DNA of 64,000 nucleotides from Candidatus Obscuribacterales bacterium. Its GTDB lineage: Bacteria > Cyanobacteriota > Vampirovibrionia > Obscuribacterales > Obscuribacteraceae. Positions within the stretch are counted from its first letter, which is position 1. Each line of letters starts with the position of its first letter. The translations under genes were made by a program, and so were the position numbers. This document shows, in pieces, positions 51,001 to 60,234 of this stretch. The notes under the pieces were generated by a model, which worked only from the letters and a program-made list of their open reading frames with translations, did not search any database and was not told where the DNA came from. The stretch covers positions 928,001 through 992,000 of the forward strand of contig CBDDIJ010000003.1 in assembly GCA_965228855.1 (NCBI GenBank), read 5' to 3'.

Positions 51001-54000
51001 GATAAATTGAACGCCTGCTCCGCCGACGTCGCTCGTGAACGTGCCGTTTGCACCATTGACAGTCAGTCCGGTATCACTGGTGACGACAGCATCGGCAAAG
51101 TCAACGTTATAGGCGCCGTTGAAGGTGAGCGTATCGGTGTTAAGAATCACCGAGCCGCCGCCGGATATGTTGCCGTCGATTGCGATGTCGCCGCCGTTAT
51201 CGGTAAGGACAGTGAAGTCTCCGTTGCCGCTGCTGCTGCCGAGCGTGATTGTTCCAGTACCCGCATAACCGAGGGCAACTTCGCCTCCGGCGCTTGATTG
51301 AGCGGTCACATCGGTGGAACCGCCCGCGATACCGTTAACGATGATCGGATTGAAGAACGAACCGATATCGCCGGTTGAGCTGTTCAAAGCCAATTGTGGC
51401 GTATTGATGCTTGCTCCGGCTGCTGCTTGTTCGATGTTTCCGGTGCCGGCGCTGGTGTCGAAACTGGCGCTGGTGTTGGCAGTGATAGCGTTACTCAGAA
51501 GAATATCGCCGTTCATATTGGAAACGTTGAGAACATCGACCGTGAAGTCGGACGTTGTGCTGACGTCGCCTGCTGAAACCTGCCCGGCATTAACGGTGAG
51601 GTTGCCTCCGGCTTGAGAGCCAAGAGCGATACCGTCATCTTCATTAATGGTCAGGGAGCCGCCAGTATTGAAGTTGGACGTGAGGCTGGTCACTGCTGTT
51701 TGCAATGTTGCCGTTGTCGCGCCCTGGAAGGATACATTGAGGGCTCCGCCGGTAACTTTGGAAGTTGGATCGGCGGTCAGGTTGTTGCCTGCATTCAGGT
51801 CGACCGAGTTCGTGCCATTAACCGTAACACCAGAATTCAGTGTCAGGTCGCCCAGTACTGCGTCCAGCGATGTGTCGTTGGCGGTGATGTTCGCATTGAC
51901 GGTGACGTCGTTGAAGGAGCCCAGCGAGAATGTATTCTGAGCTGTCGAGTCACCTGTGACCGTCACGTCGTCGATGGCGAATATGTAGGCGCTGCCGGTT
52001 CCGGCATTAGCCGTCAGGTTGCCGCCAGCGATTACGAATTCGCCGCCGCCGTCAGCTCCGATGTCGCCGAACTGCGAGGTCAGAACGGTGTTCGCTGCAG
52101 ACAGAGTGCTGCCGCTTGCCGTATTCAGATTGCCGACGACGCTTGCGTCGAATGTGCCTGTCACCTGTGAATCTGCCACTGTCAGGTCGACAAGGCTGCC
52201 GACATAAACATTACCTGTGGTCGTCGATGGTGCGCCGAGCGCGTTGAATGCGACGGTGCCATCGAAGTCTATGTTGAAGCGATTATTTTCATCAACACCG
52301 ATATTTCCATCACCACCGGCGGCTCCATTGCTTGTGAATGTTCCATTCACACCTGCGACCAGTCCGGATGCGTCGGTCGTAATGTTGTGGTCGGCCAGAA
52401 CTGTGAAATCACCATTTGCAGCGTCGGAAATTCCGGTGAAATTGATGTTGCCATCACGTCCGCCGGCTTCTGATTCGACCAGAGTTATGTTCTGATCGGC
52501 GTTTGCTGTGACGTTGACGAAGTCGATGTTAGTTCCTGTGTTCAGAATCGATATCGAACCGCCTGTCGTCTGGTTGTCCAGGTTGATTTGGTTGGCTTGA
52601 ATTCCACCGGCTACGTTCGAGTCAGTTATATCTTCTTGATTCGAACCAAGCAGGGTGATAGACGCCGTGCCGCCGCCTGCAGCATTGGCGATTACCGCGC
52701 CATCGAGGTCTAGCGTGCCACCGTCACTGGTGTCAGCTGTCAAAGTCACGTTTCTACCCGTGATGTCAGCACCGCTGGCGGTGTGCAAATCGTTTGCCGT
52801 TATCGAGACGCCGCCCGTGTATGCCGCGCCGCCTTGACCGGCGTTGATATCAGCGTTAGAGGAGTTGGCACTGTAATCTCCTTTGACCACGATATCGACG
52901 CTTCCATCGGTCGCGCCGCCGCCTGCATTGATTGCGGCGTTCTGGGTGTAGTCTCCGGAATTGGAGATAATGCCAGTGGCAATTTGAACATTGGTGCCTG
53001 CGGTGATCGTGTCACCACTGCCGTTACCTTGAGTGTAATCGTCGCCTACTCGGATTGTTACCGAGTTGACTGCGTTGATCGAACCCTGTTGGGTGAAGTC
53101 TGCTCCACTTGGGGCTGCGCCGTTGGTCGAGCCCGCATCGATAACGACGCTGTCTGCGCTGCTGATCGTCCGATTATTCGACTGGCTGACGTCGTTTGCT
53201 GCGGCGATCGCAACGTTACCGGCGGTGATATTGCCGAGAATGCTTGCTGAGGCGCCTGAGTTGACGATCTGTCCTCCAGGTGCGATACCGGCGCTGAGAC
53301 TGACGTCACCGTCGGCTGTGACGTTGTTGACTGAAACATTCCCGCCTGCTTGAACCAGAAGCGTGCGCGCATTTACGTTCCACAGATCAACGGCCGCATT
53401 CGACAGAATGCCTGATCCCACGATTGTTCCCGAAGCACGAGAACCGTCCGCGTTGTATGTAACCGGACCATTGGTCACCGGTTGAACTGTGGCGATGGTG
53501 ACTGCTCCGCCGCCGCCCGTGCCACCGTTTGCAGTTACAGTGCCCTGGAAGAAGGTAGTTAAGTCTACGCCACCGGCGCCAAGGGCAGTCACGTTTCCGT
53601 TGCTGCCGACGCCGTCGCCGGATGTTGTGATGTTAGAACCGACGAATGCGTTCGCCAGATCAACTGTTCCGCTTCCGGAGCCTACTCCCTGGAAGGCGAC
53701 GAGAAGGACGTCGCCGCCGTTGCCGCCGAGACCCGAGCCTCCCGAAGTGTTCAGATTAACGTTTCCGAGAATTATGCTGCCGCCGTTGATGGAGCCTTCG
53801 TTGAAGGTCACCTGGCTTCCAGGGTTACCTGTCGGTAGTGACGGCGATGCAGCGCCTGATGATGAAATTATGTTTGCGCCTGCAATCAGGGTCAGATTCC
53901 CACCGTTGACTGCGGTGCCACCGCCATTGGTATCAATGGTGAAGCTACCCGAAACGGATTCAGTTATGTCTCCTGTCGCGATAACCGTAAGATCGGCTGC

Positions 54001-55320
54001 GACTGAGACAGAACCTGTGAAATTCACGTTTCCGATGTTATAGAAGGTCGGATCGATCAGATTGGTGTCACCGATGTTTAGAGTCTCACTGGCAGAGCTG
54101 AAGTGAACTGCGTAACCCGTGCTGTTAACGTCGCCTGTGACATTGTCCACGTTGGCGGTCACCGTGCCGCCGCCAGCGTTTAGGTTCAAATCTGAACTGA
54201 GCCAGTTGCCGCCGTTCAAATTAGATGCATTGGTTCCGGCATAATCGGCGGCTCTCACGTTGATCGCTTCTGCTGCCGAAATCGTGCCTCCGGTGTTATT
54301 GACGTTCAAGTCACTGTTGGAGGCGGCGTCGAGAGTTACGTTTTTGGCAGAGCTTATCGAACCTGAGTTAGATATGTTGGAAGAACTCAAAGTTAGATTG
54401 CCGTTCGACGTAATATTGCCGAGGTTTGTGAGTTGACCGTCTGCTCTGAGCGTGAGGTCGACATCGGATGAAATCAAGGCATTTGCATTGTTGTTGATAT
54501 CGACCGCGCGGATAGTGCCGCCTCGTCCGTTGTTTGAGCCGTCGAGGGCGTGAACGGTGCCGAAGTTATTGAGGTCGCCTTGAAGTTTGAATTCAGATCC
54601 CTTGGAGAAGTCACCGAGTGTGGTGACGTTGACCGGCACGGTGAGGTCCGATGCTCTCATTACGTCGCCGCGCGAGGTAATTGCAGATAGATCGACTTCA
54701 CCGCCTGTGGCTATACCACTATTATTGATAGCGACTTTCTGAGAGCTGCCGGCCAGAACTTGTTTTGCAGCTATATATTCGGCGGCCGTGACCTGGGAAC
54801 CGGCAGATAGTGTTTTGGTCTCACCGCCGACCTGGATTTCGATTGATGACACTCCGCTGAAGAGTTTTTGTCCAAGTGTGATGTTGCGGGTTTGTGAGGT
54901 CAGGTCGAGATTGACGCCGCCGTTCAGAGTTACAAACTTCCCACTGTCATTCGATTGAACTGATTGCTTAATCACGCCGTTATTGCGTTCCAAGCGGTTA
55001 GCCCACTTTCCGCGCACGTGCGTTTCAGGAGTTACGTTGCTGATGCCTGCAGTCGTCGGAACCGGCGCGATTGTAGGTACGCCTATGGCGTTCGCAGAGC
55101 CGCCACCGCCAGCGCCACCACGACCGAATTCTGCTCGGTACATCTGACGCAAGGTATGTCTATCGAAACCAGGGTTTGAATCTCGGAACGATCTGAAATT
55201 TTGGCGATCTTCGGCAGCGTTAGCGGCTGCGTGCGAGGATACAAAAAGAACCGAGCCAGTGATGACAGCGGTCCAATTCTTTATATAGGATTCACGGTTT
55301 CGAACTATCTTTTTCGTCAT
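48094..55320 (-). CDS. Giant secreted haemagglutinin-like beta-helical protein with FecR-like C-terminal domain
   Basis: 2408 aa, signal peptide, G/N/T/A/S-rich beta-strand repeats (GGNLTLIAG, NGGDVLLVA), compositionally distinct C-terminal domain of about 200 aa. Confidence 0.85.
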   Translation of the reverse strand: MTKKIVRNRESYIKNWTAVITGSVLFVSSHAAANAAEDRQNFRSFRDSNPGFDRHTLRQMYRAEFGRGGAGGGGSANAIGVPTIAPVPTTAGISNVTPETHVRGKWANRLERNNGVIKQSVQSNDSGKFVTLNGGVNLDLTSQTRNITLGQKLFSGVSSIEIQVGGETKTLSAGSQVTAAEYIAAKQVLAGSSQKVAINNSGIATGGEVDLSAITSRGDVMRASDLTVPVNVTTLGDFSKGSEFKLQGDLNNFGTVHALDGSNNGRGGTIRAVDINNNANALISSDVDLTLRADGQLTNLGNITSNGNLTLSSSNISNSGSISSAKNVTLDAASNSDLNVNNTGGTISAAEAINVRAADYAGTNASNLNGGNWLSSDLNLNAGGGTVTANVDNVTGDVNSTGYAVHFSSASETLNIGDTNLIDPTFYNIGNVNFTGSVSVAADLTVIATGDITESVSGSFTIDTNGGGTAVNGGNLTLIAGANIISSSGAASPSLPTGNPGSQVTFNEGSINGGSIILGNVNLNTSGGSGLGGNGGDVLLVAFQGVGSGSGTVDLANAFVGSNITTSGDGVGSNGNVTALGAGGVDLTTFFQGTVTANGGTGGGGAVTIATVQPVTNGPVTYNADGSRASGTIVGSGILSNAAVDLWNVNARTLLVQAGGNVSVNNVTADGDVSLSAGIAPGGQIVNSGASASILGNITAGNVAIAAANDVSQSNNRTISSADSVVIDAGSTNGAAPSGADFTQQGSINAVNSVTIRVGDDYTQGNGSGDTITAGTNVQIATGIISNSGDYTQNAAINAGGGATDGSVDIVVKGDYSANSSNADINAGQGGAAYTGGVSITANDLHTASGADITGRNVTLTADTSDGGTLDLDGAVIANAAGGGTASITLLGSNQEDITDSNVAGGIQANQINLDNQTTGGSISILNTGTNIDFVNVTANADQNITLVESEAGGRDGNINFTGISDAANGDFTVLADHNITTDASGLVAGVNGTFTSNGAAGGDGNIGVDENNRFNIDFDGTVAFNALGAPSTTTGNVYVGSLVDLTVADSQVTGTFDASVVGNLNTASGSTLSAANTVLTSQFGDIGADGGGEFVIAGGNLTANAGTGSAYIFAIDDVTVTGDSTAQNTFSLGSFNDVTVNANITANDTSLDAVLGDLTLNSGVTVNGTNSVDLNAGNNLTADPTSKVTGGALNVSFQGATTATLQTAVTSLTSNFNTGGSLTINEDDGIALGSQAGGNLTVNAGQVSAGDVSTTSDFTVDVLNVSNMNGDILLSNAITANTSASFDTSAGTGNIEQAAAGASINTPQLALNSSTGDIGSFFNPIIVNGIAGGSTDVTAQSSAGGEVALGYAGTGTITLGSSSGNGDFTVLTDNGGDIAIDGNISGGGSVILNTDTLTFNGAYNVDFADAVVTSDTGLTVNGANGTFTSDVGGAGVQFIAQDGSITTNGQTNFNGGDVFLTLENNDGINAVTNNGTLNGDNSMNTLTVTARVFTPGTITNFAEVNVINGNTIINTTGDVTLPANLIFQGESLAIIAAGNITTTGAVLIDLSSGTVSGGDLVVLAGVDATPASMGQEQSDQPFTITGFNATGGNVNLSGVNIVTSSTAANGGDVGIYANGGTVNAGTVVVGNIDTTGAINGGNVAIGGEGGVTVGNITTIGTTGTDGDALVGVGTVQIAGPLVITDGVVTSGTVVPQDITAGNLTAGTINVGTGALALLGGFDSTNTISTGAITADSLEVDVVDGTATFANTSLNSFTAFSTGAGNTAAVTLQNEAGDLTVNQIAAAGLDVDVTAGGAITVGDTVDAGTGDVRLTSNQAGGSGIVVNNTVDANNVTLTANGSEIELNEDVTAAADVTLNAASIDQTAGTLGGANLALTVPGSVNLTDTAFTTLASSTVGSLALTNTGALTVNDLTATGNINIVNNGNTIIAGALDSVTGTAVDSSGSLTVNAAVSSDNGVNLLADGDIAVNANVTAVDGELNIISTAGDLATADNITIQGDDFILIQTIANGNITIGAANNIFTDAKVVGEGNVSILQGDAPTRTKNLKGRNIVAVTIDGEVLTGRGRGTKKVIFEAPDTTLTGQGADVLIKAAVKNGVIIGGGSTITADPPVAAGAPMTITAWSAKDASTDGGSPASVLPASLASLTAPAAVSSVNLVSTANATATTGKDAITGTLSNLATANNLTVSNVQEDDSTIVGYAPVGQIVDGKVCSDIEFGFASGTAGKAISTIKHSDLVTLDNGSALFVPSKDMTVVTPKGKVKLGANAVAFISADEHHLSVYDINDQHKGSVVIAAGGRDLSLSPGRHMTVTSDRAATFADANPIESIMHRSVTSHDLGAGQRAFSTEFSIPSAVQIVKPLSAMMHSENAAAKKVAQSVIKTSAVMMHIGSTTPFEFHTKPRTVALNW

Positions 55321-55769
55321 ATCTTGTCCTTTGCCTAGGGCACGCGAAACTGATCCGGTCGCAAAAAATTGCGCACAGAAGGAGTGGGCGCCTAGTCGCG
55401 TCGACTATCGCCTGGGTTACTGAGCGGTTGTCAGAGAAAGCAAAAGGCTTTCACCGACTTGAATCTGCTGAGGAGAATAACAAAATGTTCTTGCCATTCT
55501 CTTGCTTCTTGCCTTCTTGATGCTAATTGCACACAGTCGTTTGCTGTGGAGATAGATTGTGGAGGTTCTTCCGATAGCTGGAGCCGAACTTTACTTTGAT
55601 TTACAGAGAGAGCTTGCAAGTTCCCTGACTTCAAGGGTTTGCAAGGTTGCCCAAAAGAATTTATCTTCTAAGCGTTAGAATCGGATTTGTTTAAAGTGCG
55701 CTTTTCCCGTTTCGGTGTCTAGGGAAAATCCTGGCTACTTTCTATGGCAGCGGAAATATGATCTAAGGC

Positions 55770-56114
55770 GTGACTGGTGCTGTGCGGGGACAAATTATGT
55801 ATTCTCCGCCCCTACCTACGATATCAGGCAAGAACGCAGGATTTATTTCGAGGTCCGAACCAGTGGCTTTGCAAACCGTTATCGGTTTAAAGGTCGGCGA
55901 TGTAATCAGACCGGAGCACCTTGGCAGAAGTGCGGTGGTTTGTCTGGCGGACAATCCTATCCTCGGACCCTTCAGCGAGTCGAACGATGTGGTTGGGCGA
56001 GTTGCCGGCGAAGACATTCCGGCAGGAACGGTGATCACAGGTGCGGTGCTGGTGGCGTTGAGTCGCAGTCAATTAGAGCATCGCCTTCGAAATTTTTGGC
56101 GGCGTTGCAAGTGA
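55770..56114 (+). CDS. Small SAF-domain (FlgA/CpaB-like) protein
   Basis: LKVGDVIRPEHL...VVGRVAGEDIPAGTVIT matches the SAF beta-clip pattern; start uncertain. Confidence 0.55.
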   Translation: MTGAVRGQIMYSPPLPTISGKNAGFISRSEPVALQTVIGLKVGDVIRPEHLGRSAVVCLADNPILGPFSESNDVVGRVAGEDIPAGTVITGAVLVALSRSQLEHRLRNFWRRCK

Positions 56115-56121
56115 TCGTTTC

Positions 56122-56141
56122 CTAAACCGATATCGGTTTAG
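56122..56141. repeat. Extragenic palindrome copy 2 (CTAAACCGATATCGGTTTAG)
   Basis: Perfect 20-bp palindrome between convergent genes. Confidence 0.85.
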
Positions 56142-56168
56142 AACATAATCGAAGATTGCGTTGGCGAA

Positions 56169-57110
56169 CTAAGGCTTTCCTGTATCGACGATTTTGCCCC
56201 AGTCGTCCCAGTTGTTTATCAAGTTTTTCACAGAGTTCTGGCGGCGGCGGTCGTTAGCTATTTCGATATCTGTTTTTACGATCTTCAAGTTAGGTGGTAC
56301 GTTGAATATTGCAGGCTCGAGTGGAATCTGTCTTATCATGCCGGTATCCAGTTCCAGATGCGTCTCATTCTCAGTATTCAAAGTCAGTAGCTTAAGTGGA
56401 AACTCTCGACCAACGGGCAGTTTATAGATTTTGTTGACCACGATCGGAAGTGTTGGCGGTACGTCCGGCAAGTTCCATGTCCAATAGTCGGCTGACATGA
56501 TATCGCCTGAGTTGAAAAAGACAGAGTTGAAATTCTTGGTTGGGGATTTTTTTGCGTTCTGAACTGGGCTCGGATTTTCAACATGCAACTTGAACGCGTT
56601 TTCCGACAGATATCGTGTCGGTTTCTTCGGCGCGACGAGGAGAGGCAAATTTTCTAGGTAGCCTCCTAAGGCTGCTGTGCCAGACGCGAGGTCACCTTTA
56701 AAGGACCGTACTTCGGATTCGTAAAGTGTTTTGGATAGCGGATTGTATGCTGACACCTTCCAATCAGGCGCCTTACTGACGACCACGTAGCGATTGCCTA
56801 AACTCTCGATTCTGAATGCATCCCTTGAAAATATGATGCGGAACTTGCCAGCAAATAAGCTCGTTTGCAGGATTTCCCAACAGCGTCTTTCAGAAATCTT
56901 CTTAGATGTTGTGGTCGGGTTAGACTTCTGGTTCGCACTGGACATTGATCCGGGTCCACCAGTCTTCCCGGATTTTGCCAGTACAAATGATGGTGTCAGC
57001 AGCATGCATCCTGCGAGTACTGCGAAAATACGCCAAATGGTCGAAAAACTTCCAACGCCAACTTTGCTTAGACGCGAAGATGCTAAGTGCGAATATCTGG
57101 ATGTTCTCAA
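56169..57110 (-). CDS. Secreted hypothetical protein
   Basis: Signal-peptide-like segment, VVSKAPDWKVSAYN, FNVPP tail. Confidence 0.7.
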   Translation of the reverse strand: MRTSRYSHLASSRLSKVGVGSFSTIWRIFAVLAGCMLLTPSFVLAKSGKTGGPGSMSSANQKSNPTTTSKKISERRCWEILQTSLFAGKFRIIFSRDAFRIESLGNRYVVVSKAPDWKVSAYNPLSKTLYESEVRSFKGDLASGTAALGGYLENLPLLVAPKKPTRYLSENAFKLHVENPSPVQNAKKSPTKNFNSVFFNSGDIMSADYWTWNLPDVPPTLPIVVNKIYKLPVGREFPLKLLTLNTENETHLELDTGMIRQIPLEPAIFNVPPNLKIVKTDIEIANDRRRQNSVKNLINNWDDWGKIVDTGKP

Positions 57111-57111
57111 A

Positions 57112-57417
57112 CTATCTTCGCGACAATAACTTCGAGAGGATAATCAGACCAGCAATCAATCCGGCTCCTGTTCCGAATCGTTGCGCTTCCCATTCGGGAG
57201 TGCTGATCTCTGCTTTTGGTGGTGTCTTCACTAGTTCTACTTTCGGAACGATTTTAGTTCCTGAAAGCGTGTTGACGACTTCCCTGACTCCGTCGATGGG
57301 CGCCTGGATTAAGGCATGGCCAAAGGATTGAACGAATGCACCTGCGCATCCGGAGTTCAGCCCCGTGTTGTCGATATGTTCAGCCTCAAAGACTTGCACG
57401 TCGTCGTTTGCTGTCAT
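57112..57417 (-). CDS. Small hypothetical protein with C-terminal hydrophobic helix
   Basis: GAGGTGG RBS; ends GTGAGLIAGLIILSKLLSRR. Confidence 0.6.
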   Translation of the reverse strand: MTANDDVQVFEAEHIDNTGLNSGCAGAFVQSFGHALIQAPIDGVREVVNTLSGTKIVPKVELVKTPPKAEISTPEWEAQRFGTGAGLIAGLIILSKLLSRR

Positions 57418-57555
57418 TTCAAATCCACCTCGATATAGGTAGTGATATAAGGAGTGATACTCAATTATATAGGTTTTGTGTTGCTCGCGTCGTTAATCAC
57501 CTCATGATAACGTGTATAGTAGAAATATGCCTGTATCCAACTCCGTAGAGCGAGT

Positions 57556-60129
57556 ATGGTTGACGCTTTTGAGAAATGCTTTTCTTGTTTGAAGCCCAAG
57601 ACCCGCGCGACGGGCGGGTTCGTCACGCAGATGATCGACATCTGTCGATGCGGCGAGGTCTCAGACCTGACGTCGGCGACAGTCGAGACTCTGCCGACCT
57701 GTAGACAGTGCCGCAAGTCAATCAATCAGCGACGAGCTGGAAGCATGACTCAGTGGATTTTTAGGGCGGACTTTTGCCAGTGCGACGATCCAGAACCTGA
57801 GTTGAGTGCTCATCAAAAACCTCGAAGACATTCTTTCGATTTAGTAGATGATGACGGAGAGGAGTTAGATCTGAGCCGTCAAAGTTTTCCATCGGAGCGC
57901 TACCAGCCAAAGGTGAAGCTTGGAGTGGGGGCCTCCGGAACTGTTTATATGTCACGTGATCGTTTGCTTGGAAAGCGGGTCGCAGTCAAAGTATTGCACG
58001 AACTGACTGCCGGACAATTGATCGCATTTCAAGACGAGGCACGCACGACCAGCCGTCTTCATCATCCAAACATTATTCAGGTGCTCGATTTCGGACCGAC
58101 TGAGTCGGGAGTACCATATATGGTGCTGGAGTATATTGACAAAGGTGTTTCGCTCGAGCAATATATGCGCGCCAACGGTCCACTGCCATTGGATCGAGCT
58201 GTGCCTATCTTCGGAAAAGTTTGTTCGGCGCTGACTCACGCTCATGAATCGGGTGTGTTTCACCGAGATCTCAAACCGTCCAACATTCTATTAGCGGACA
58301 TCTCCGACGGCGAACCCGATGTAAAATTGATCGACTTTGGCGTCGCGAAAGTAAAGTACGAAACGCAGGAGCCGACAATTGTTCAAGGGAAGACGATTGC
58401 GGGCACTCCGGCATACATGCCACCGGAAATGGTGCAGGGCGAGCCTTTTGACGCGCAATCGGAAACCTACACGCTAGGCTGTGTCATATTTGAGACGCTC
58501 ACGGGCCGACCGCCGTTTATAGGAGCCAGCGCGATGGAAACGTTAGCTATGCATTCGCAGAGTCCGGCGCCAAGGATGTCGACTGTCGCGGAAGATCACT
58601 TCCCTGAATCGATAGAGTTGATCGTCGCACGTTGCTTAAGCAAAGCTCCCAAAGACCGATATCAAGATCTCGAGGAACTTCGAGAGGACCTCGAAAATAT
58701 TCTTTCGCCAAATCCGCTTCAGTTCGTCAGTACTGATGAATACAATGCCTTAGCTCTAGAGCCTGAGTATACGGACAGTGATCGGTCTGACCTTCAAGGG
58801 CACATAGAAATGTCGTTGGCGTCAGTTGCCAGACCACGCCCGATCAATCCCAAAGGTGTTTTCGGCGCGGCATTGGTAGTGATTTTGAGTGGTGTATTCA
58901 TAAGTATGGAAATAGTCCATCGAGCGCCTCACAACAAGAGTTCAGCTGCATCGCGTCGCACGGACGATCCTGTACGCGAAGCGCCGCTGAAGGCTATGTC
59001 TTCAGATCTTGCTACTTCAGACCACGATGCGATCGTAGAGCAAATGAAGAGCAACCATGCATTTAAGGTCGACGTTGCCTCGCAGACATGGACGGCGGTT
59101 GAGCGGCTGAGTGACAATGATTTGAGGCATCTGGCAGATCGCAGTCGTGACGTGGTTCGCTGTCTACGTCTGAATGGAGGGAGTATTGAGGGGCAGATCG
59201 ATTTGACTGATACCGCATATGGTTATGTCGCGAAACTGCCGCTGAGACTGTTTGATGCCGAGCACTCATCTATAAAGGATAGCGGTCTCCGGAAAATCGG
59301 AACCATGCATACTCTAAGAACGCTCGATCTTACCGATACCTCGATAACAGACAAGGGGCTGCGATATCTCATTGGCTCCAATATTCAGGATCTAAATGTT
59401 TCCAGCTGCTTGTTTCTTACGGAAAAGTGCGGGCGCAGCCTGAGTAAGATAGATAGTTTGCGCGTCTTAAACCTGTCTACTACGGATGTGTCCGACGAAT
59501 CAATCAAGCTGCTTGCTCGCTTGCCGCATCTTGAAGAGTTGAGACTTTCGAACACGAGCGTATCTGACTCGAGCTTGCGAAATCTTTCTCAGAATCGGAC
59601 CATCAAGCGGCTACAGCTTGGCGGTACGAAGATTACAATTGATGGAATTCGAGCGATCCGAAATTTGCCGATTGAACAAATCAAGGTTCAATTCTGTAAG
59701 GCGTTTGATGACGACTGCATGATCCTCGCTGCGAAGCAGTGGCCAAATCTCACATCCTTGGATGTTGATGGAACACCAATAACACGAAGAGGTTTAGCAT
59801 CAATAGGACAACTGCAAACCTTAGAACTTTTGACTGTCGCAAAATTGAATGCGTCGGATGAGGCTATGCGTCCATTGCTGAATCTGGAAAACCTCGCGAG
59901 TTTGAATTTGTCCGAGAATCCAGTATCCGACAATCTCATGAGCGGCTTTGCCAGGATGCCGAAATTGATTCGCGTTTGTTTGACTGGATGTGCGGGAGTC
60001 ACTAAAGCCGGGGTGGAAGGTTTGAAGGCGGCCGGTAAGGATGTGGTGCTTTCCAAAACCATCGGTGGCACAAACGTCAATCTGAACAAGGAGGCACTAG
60101 AGGCTCTTATCGTTCCAGGCGAACAATGA
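57556..60129 (+). CDS. Cys-module - Ser/Thr kinase - TM - long LRR domain (K4)
   Basis: Eight N-terminal Cys; HRDLKPSN, DFG; TM; about 11-12 LRRs (LRTLDLTDTSITDKGL, LEELRLSNTSVSD). Confidence 0.95.
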   Translation: MVDAFEKCFSCLKPKTRATGGFVTQMIDICRCGEVSDLTSATVETLPTCRQCRKSINQRRAGSMTQWIFRADFCQCDDPEPELSAHQKPRRHSFDLVDDDGEELDLSRQSFPSERYQPKVKLGVGASGTVYMSRDRLLGKRVAVKVLHELTAGQLIAFQDEARTTSRLHHPNIIQVLDFGPTESGVPYMVLEYIDKGVSLEQYMRANGPLPLDRAVPIFGKVCSALTHAHESGVFHRDLKPSNILLADISDGEPDVKLIDFGVAKVKYETQEPTIVQGKTIAGTPAYMPPEMVQGEPFDAQSETYTLGCVIFETLTGRPPFIGASAMETLAMHSQSPAPRMSTVAEDHFPESIELIVARCLSKAPKDRYQDLEELREDLENILSPNPLQFVSTDEYNALALEPEYTDSDRSDLQGHIEMSLASVARPRPINPKGVFGAALVVILSGVFISMEIVHRAPHNKSSAASRRTDDPVREAPLKAMSSDLATSDHDAIVEQMKSNHAFKVDVASQTWTAVERLSDNDLRHLADRSRDVVRCLRLNGGSIEGQIDLTDTAYGYVAKLPLRLFDAEHSSIKDSGLRKIGTMHTLRTLDLTDTSITDKGLRYLIGSNIQDLNVSSCLFLTEKCGRSLSKIDSLRVLNLSTTDVSDESIKLLARLPHLEELRLSNTSVSDSSLRNLSQNRTIKRLQLGGTKITIDGIRAIRNLPIEQIKVQFCKAFDDDCMILAAKQWPNLTSLDVDGTPITRRGLASIGQLQTLELLTVAKLNASDEAMRPLLNLENLASLNLSENPVSDNLMSGFARMPKLIRVCLTGCAGVTKAGVEGLKAAGKDVVLSKTIGGTNVNLNKEALEALIVPGEQ

Positions 60130-60134
60130 AGTTG

Positions 60135-60162
60135 ATTCGTAAATCGATATCGGTTTACGAAT
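60135..60162. repeat. Extragenic palindrome copy 3
   Basis: ATTCGTAAATCGATATCGGTTTACGAAT, one T.G pair. Confidence 0.85.
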
Positions 60163-60202
60163 GTGAGAGAAACCAAAAAAATTGTAGCGCTGAGTAAATT
60201 AG

Positions 60203-60230
60203 AATTCTTAACCGATATCGGTTGAGAATT
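60203..60230. repeat. Extragenic palindrome copy 4
   Basis: AATTCTTAACCGATATCGGTTGAGAATT, one T.G pair. Confidence 0.85.
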
Positions 60231-60234
60231 TGAG

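Noticed and set aside
48457..54043. Numerous plus-strand ORFs antisense to the giant protein
   Set aside because: Expected from biased codon usage of the sense gene; no independent protein features.
55321..55500. Possible riboswitch in the adhesin leader (AACCGCTCAGTAACCCAGGCG faintly recalls the c-di-AMP 3' motif)
   Set aside because: The other conserved elements were not found; an Infernal/Rfam search would be needed.
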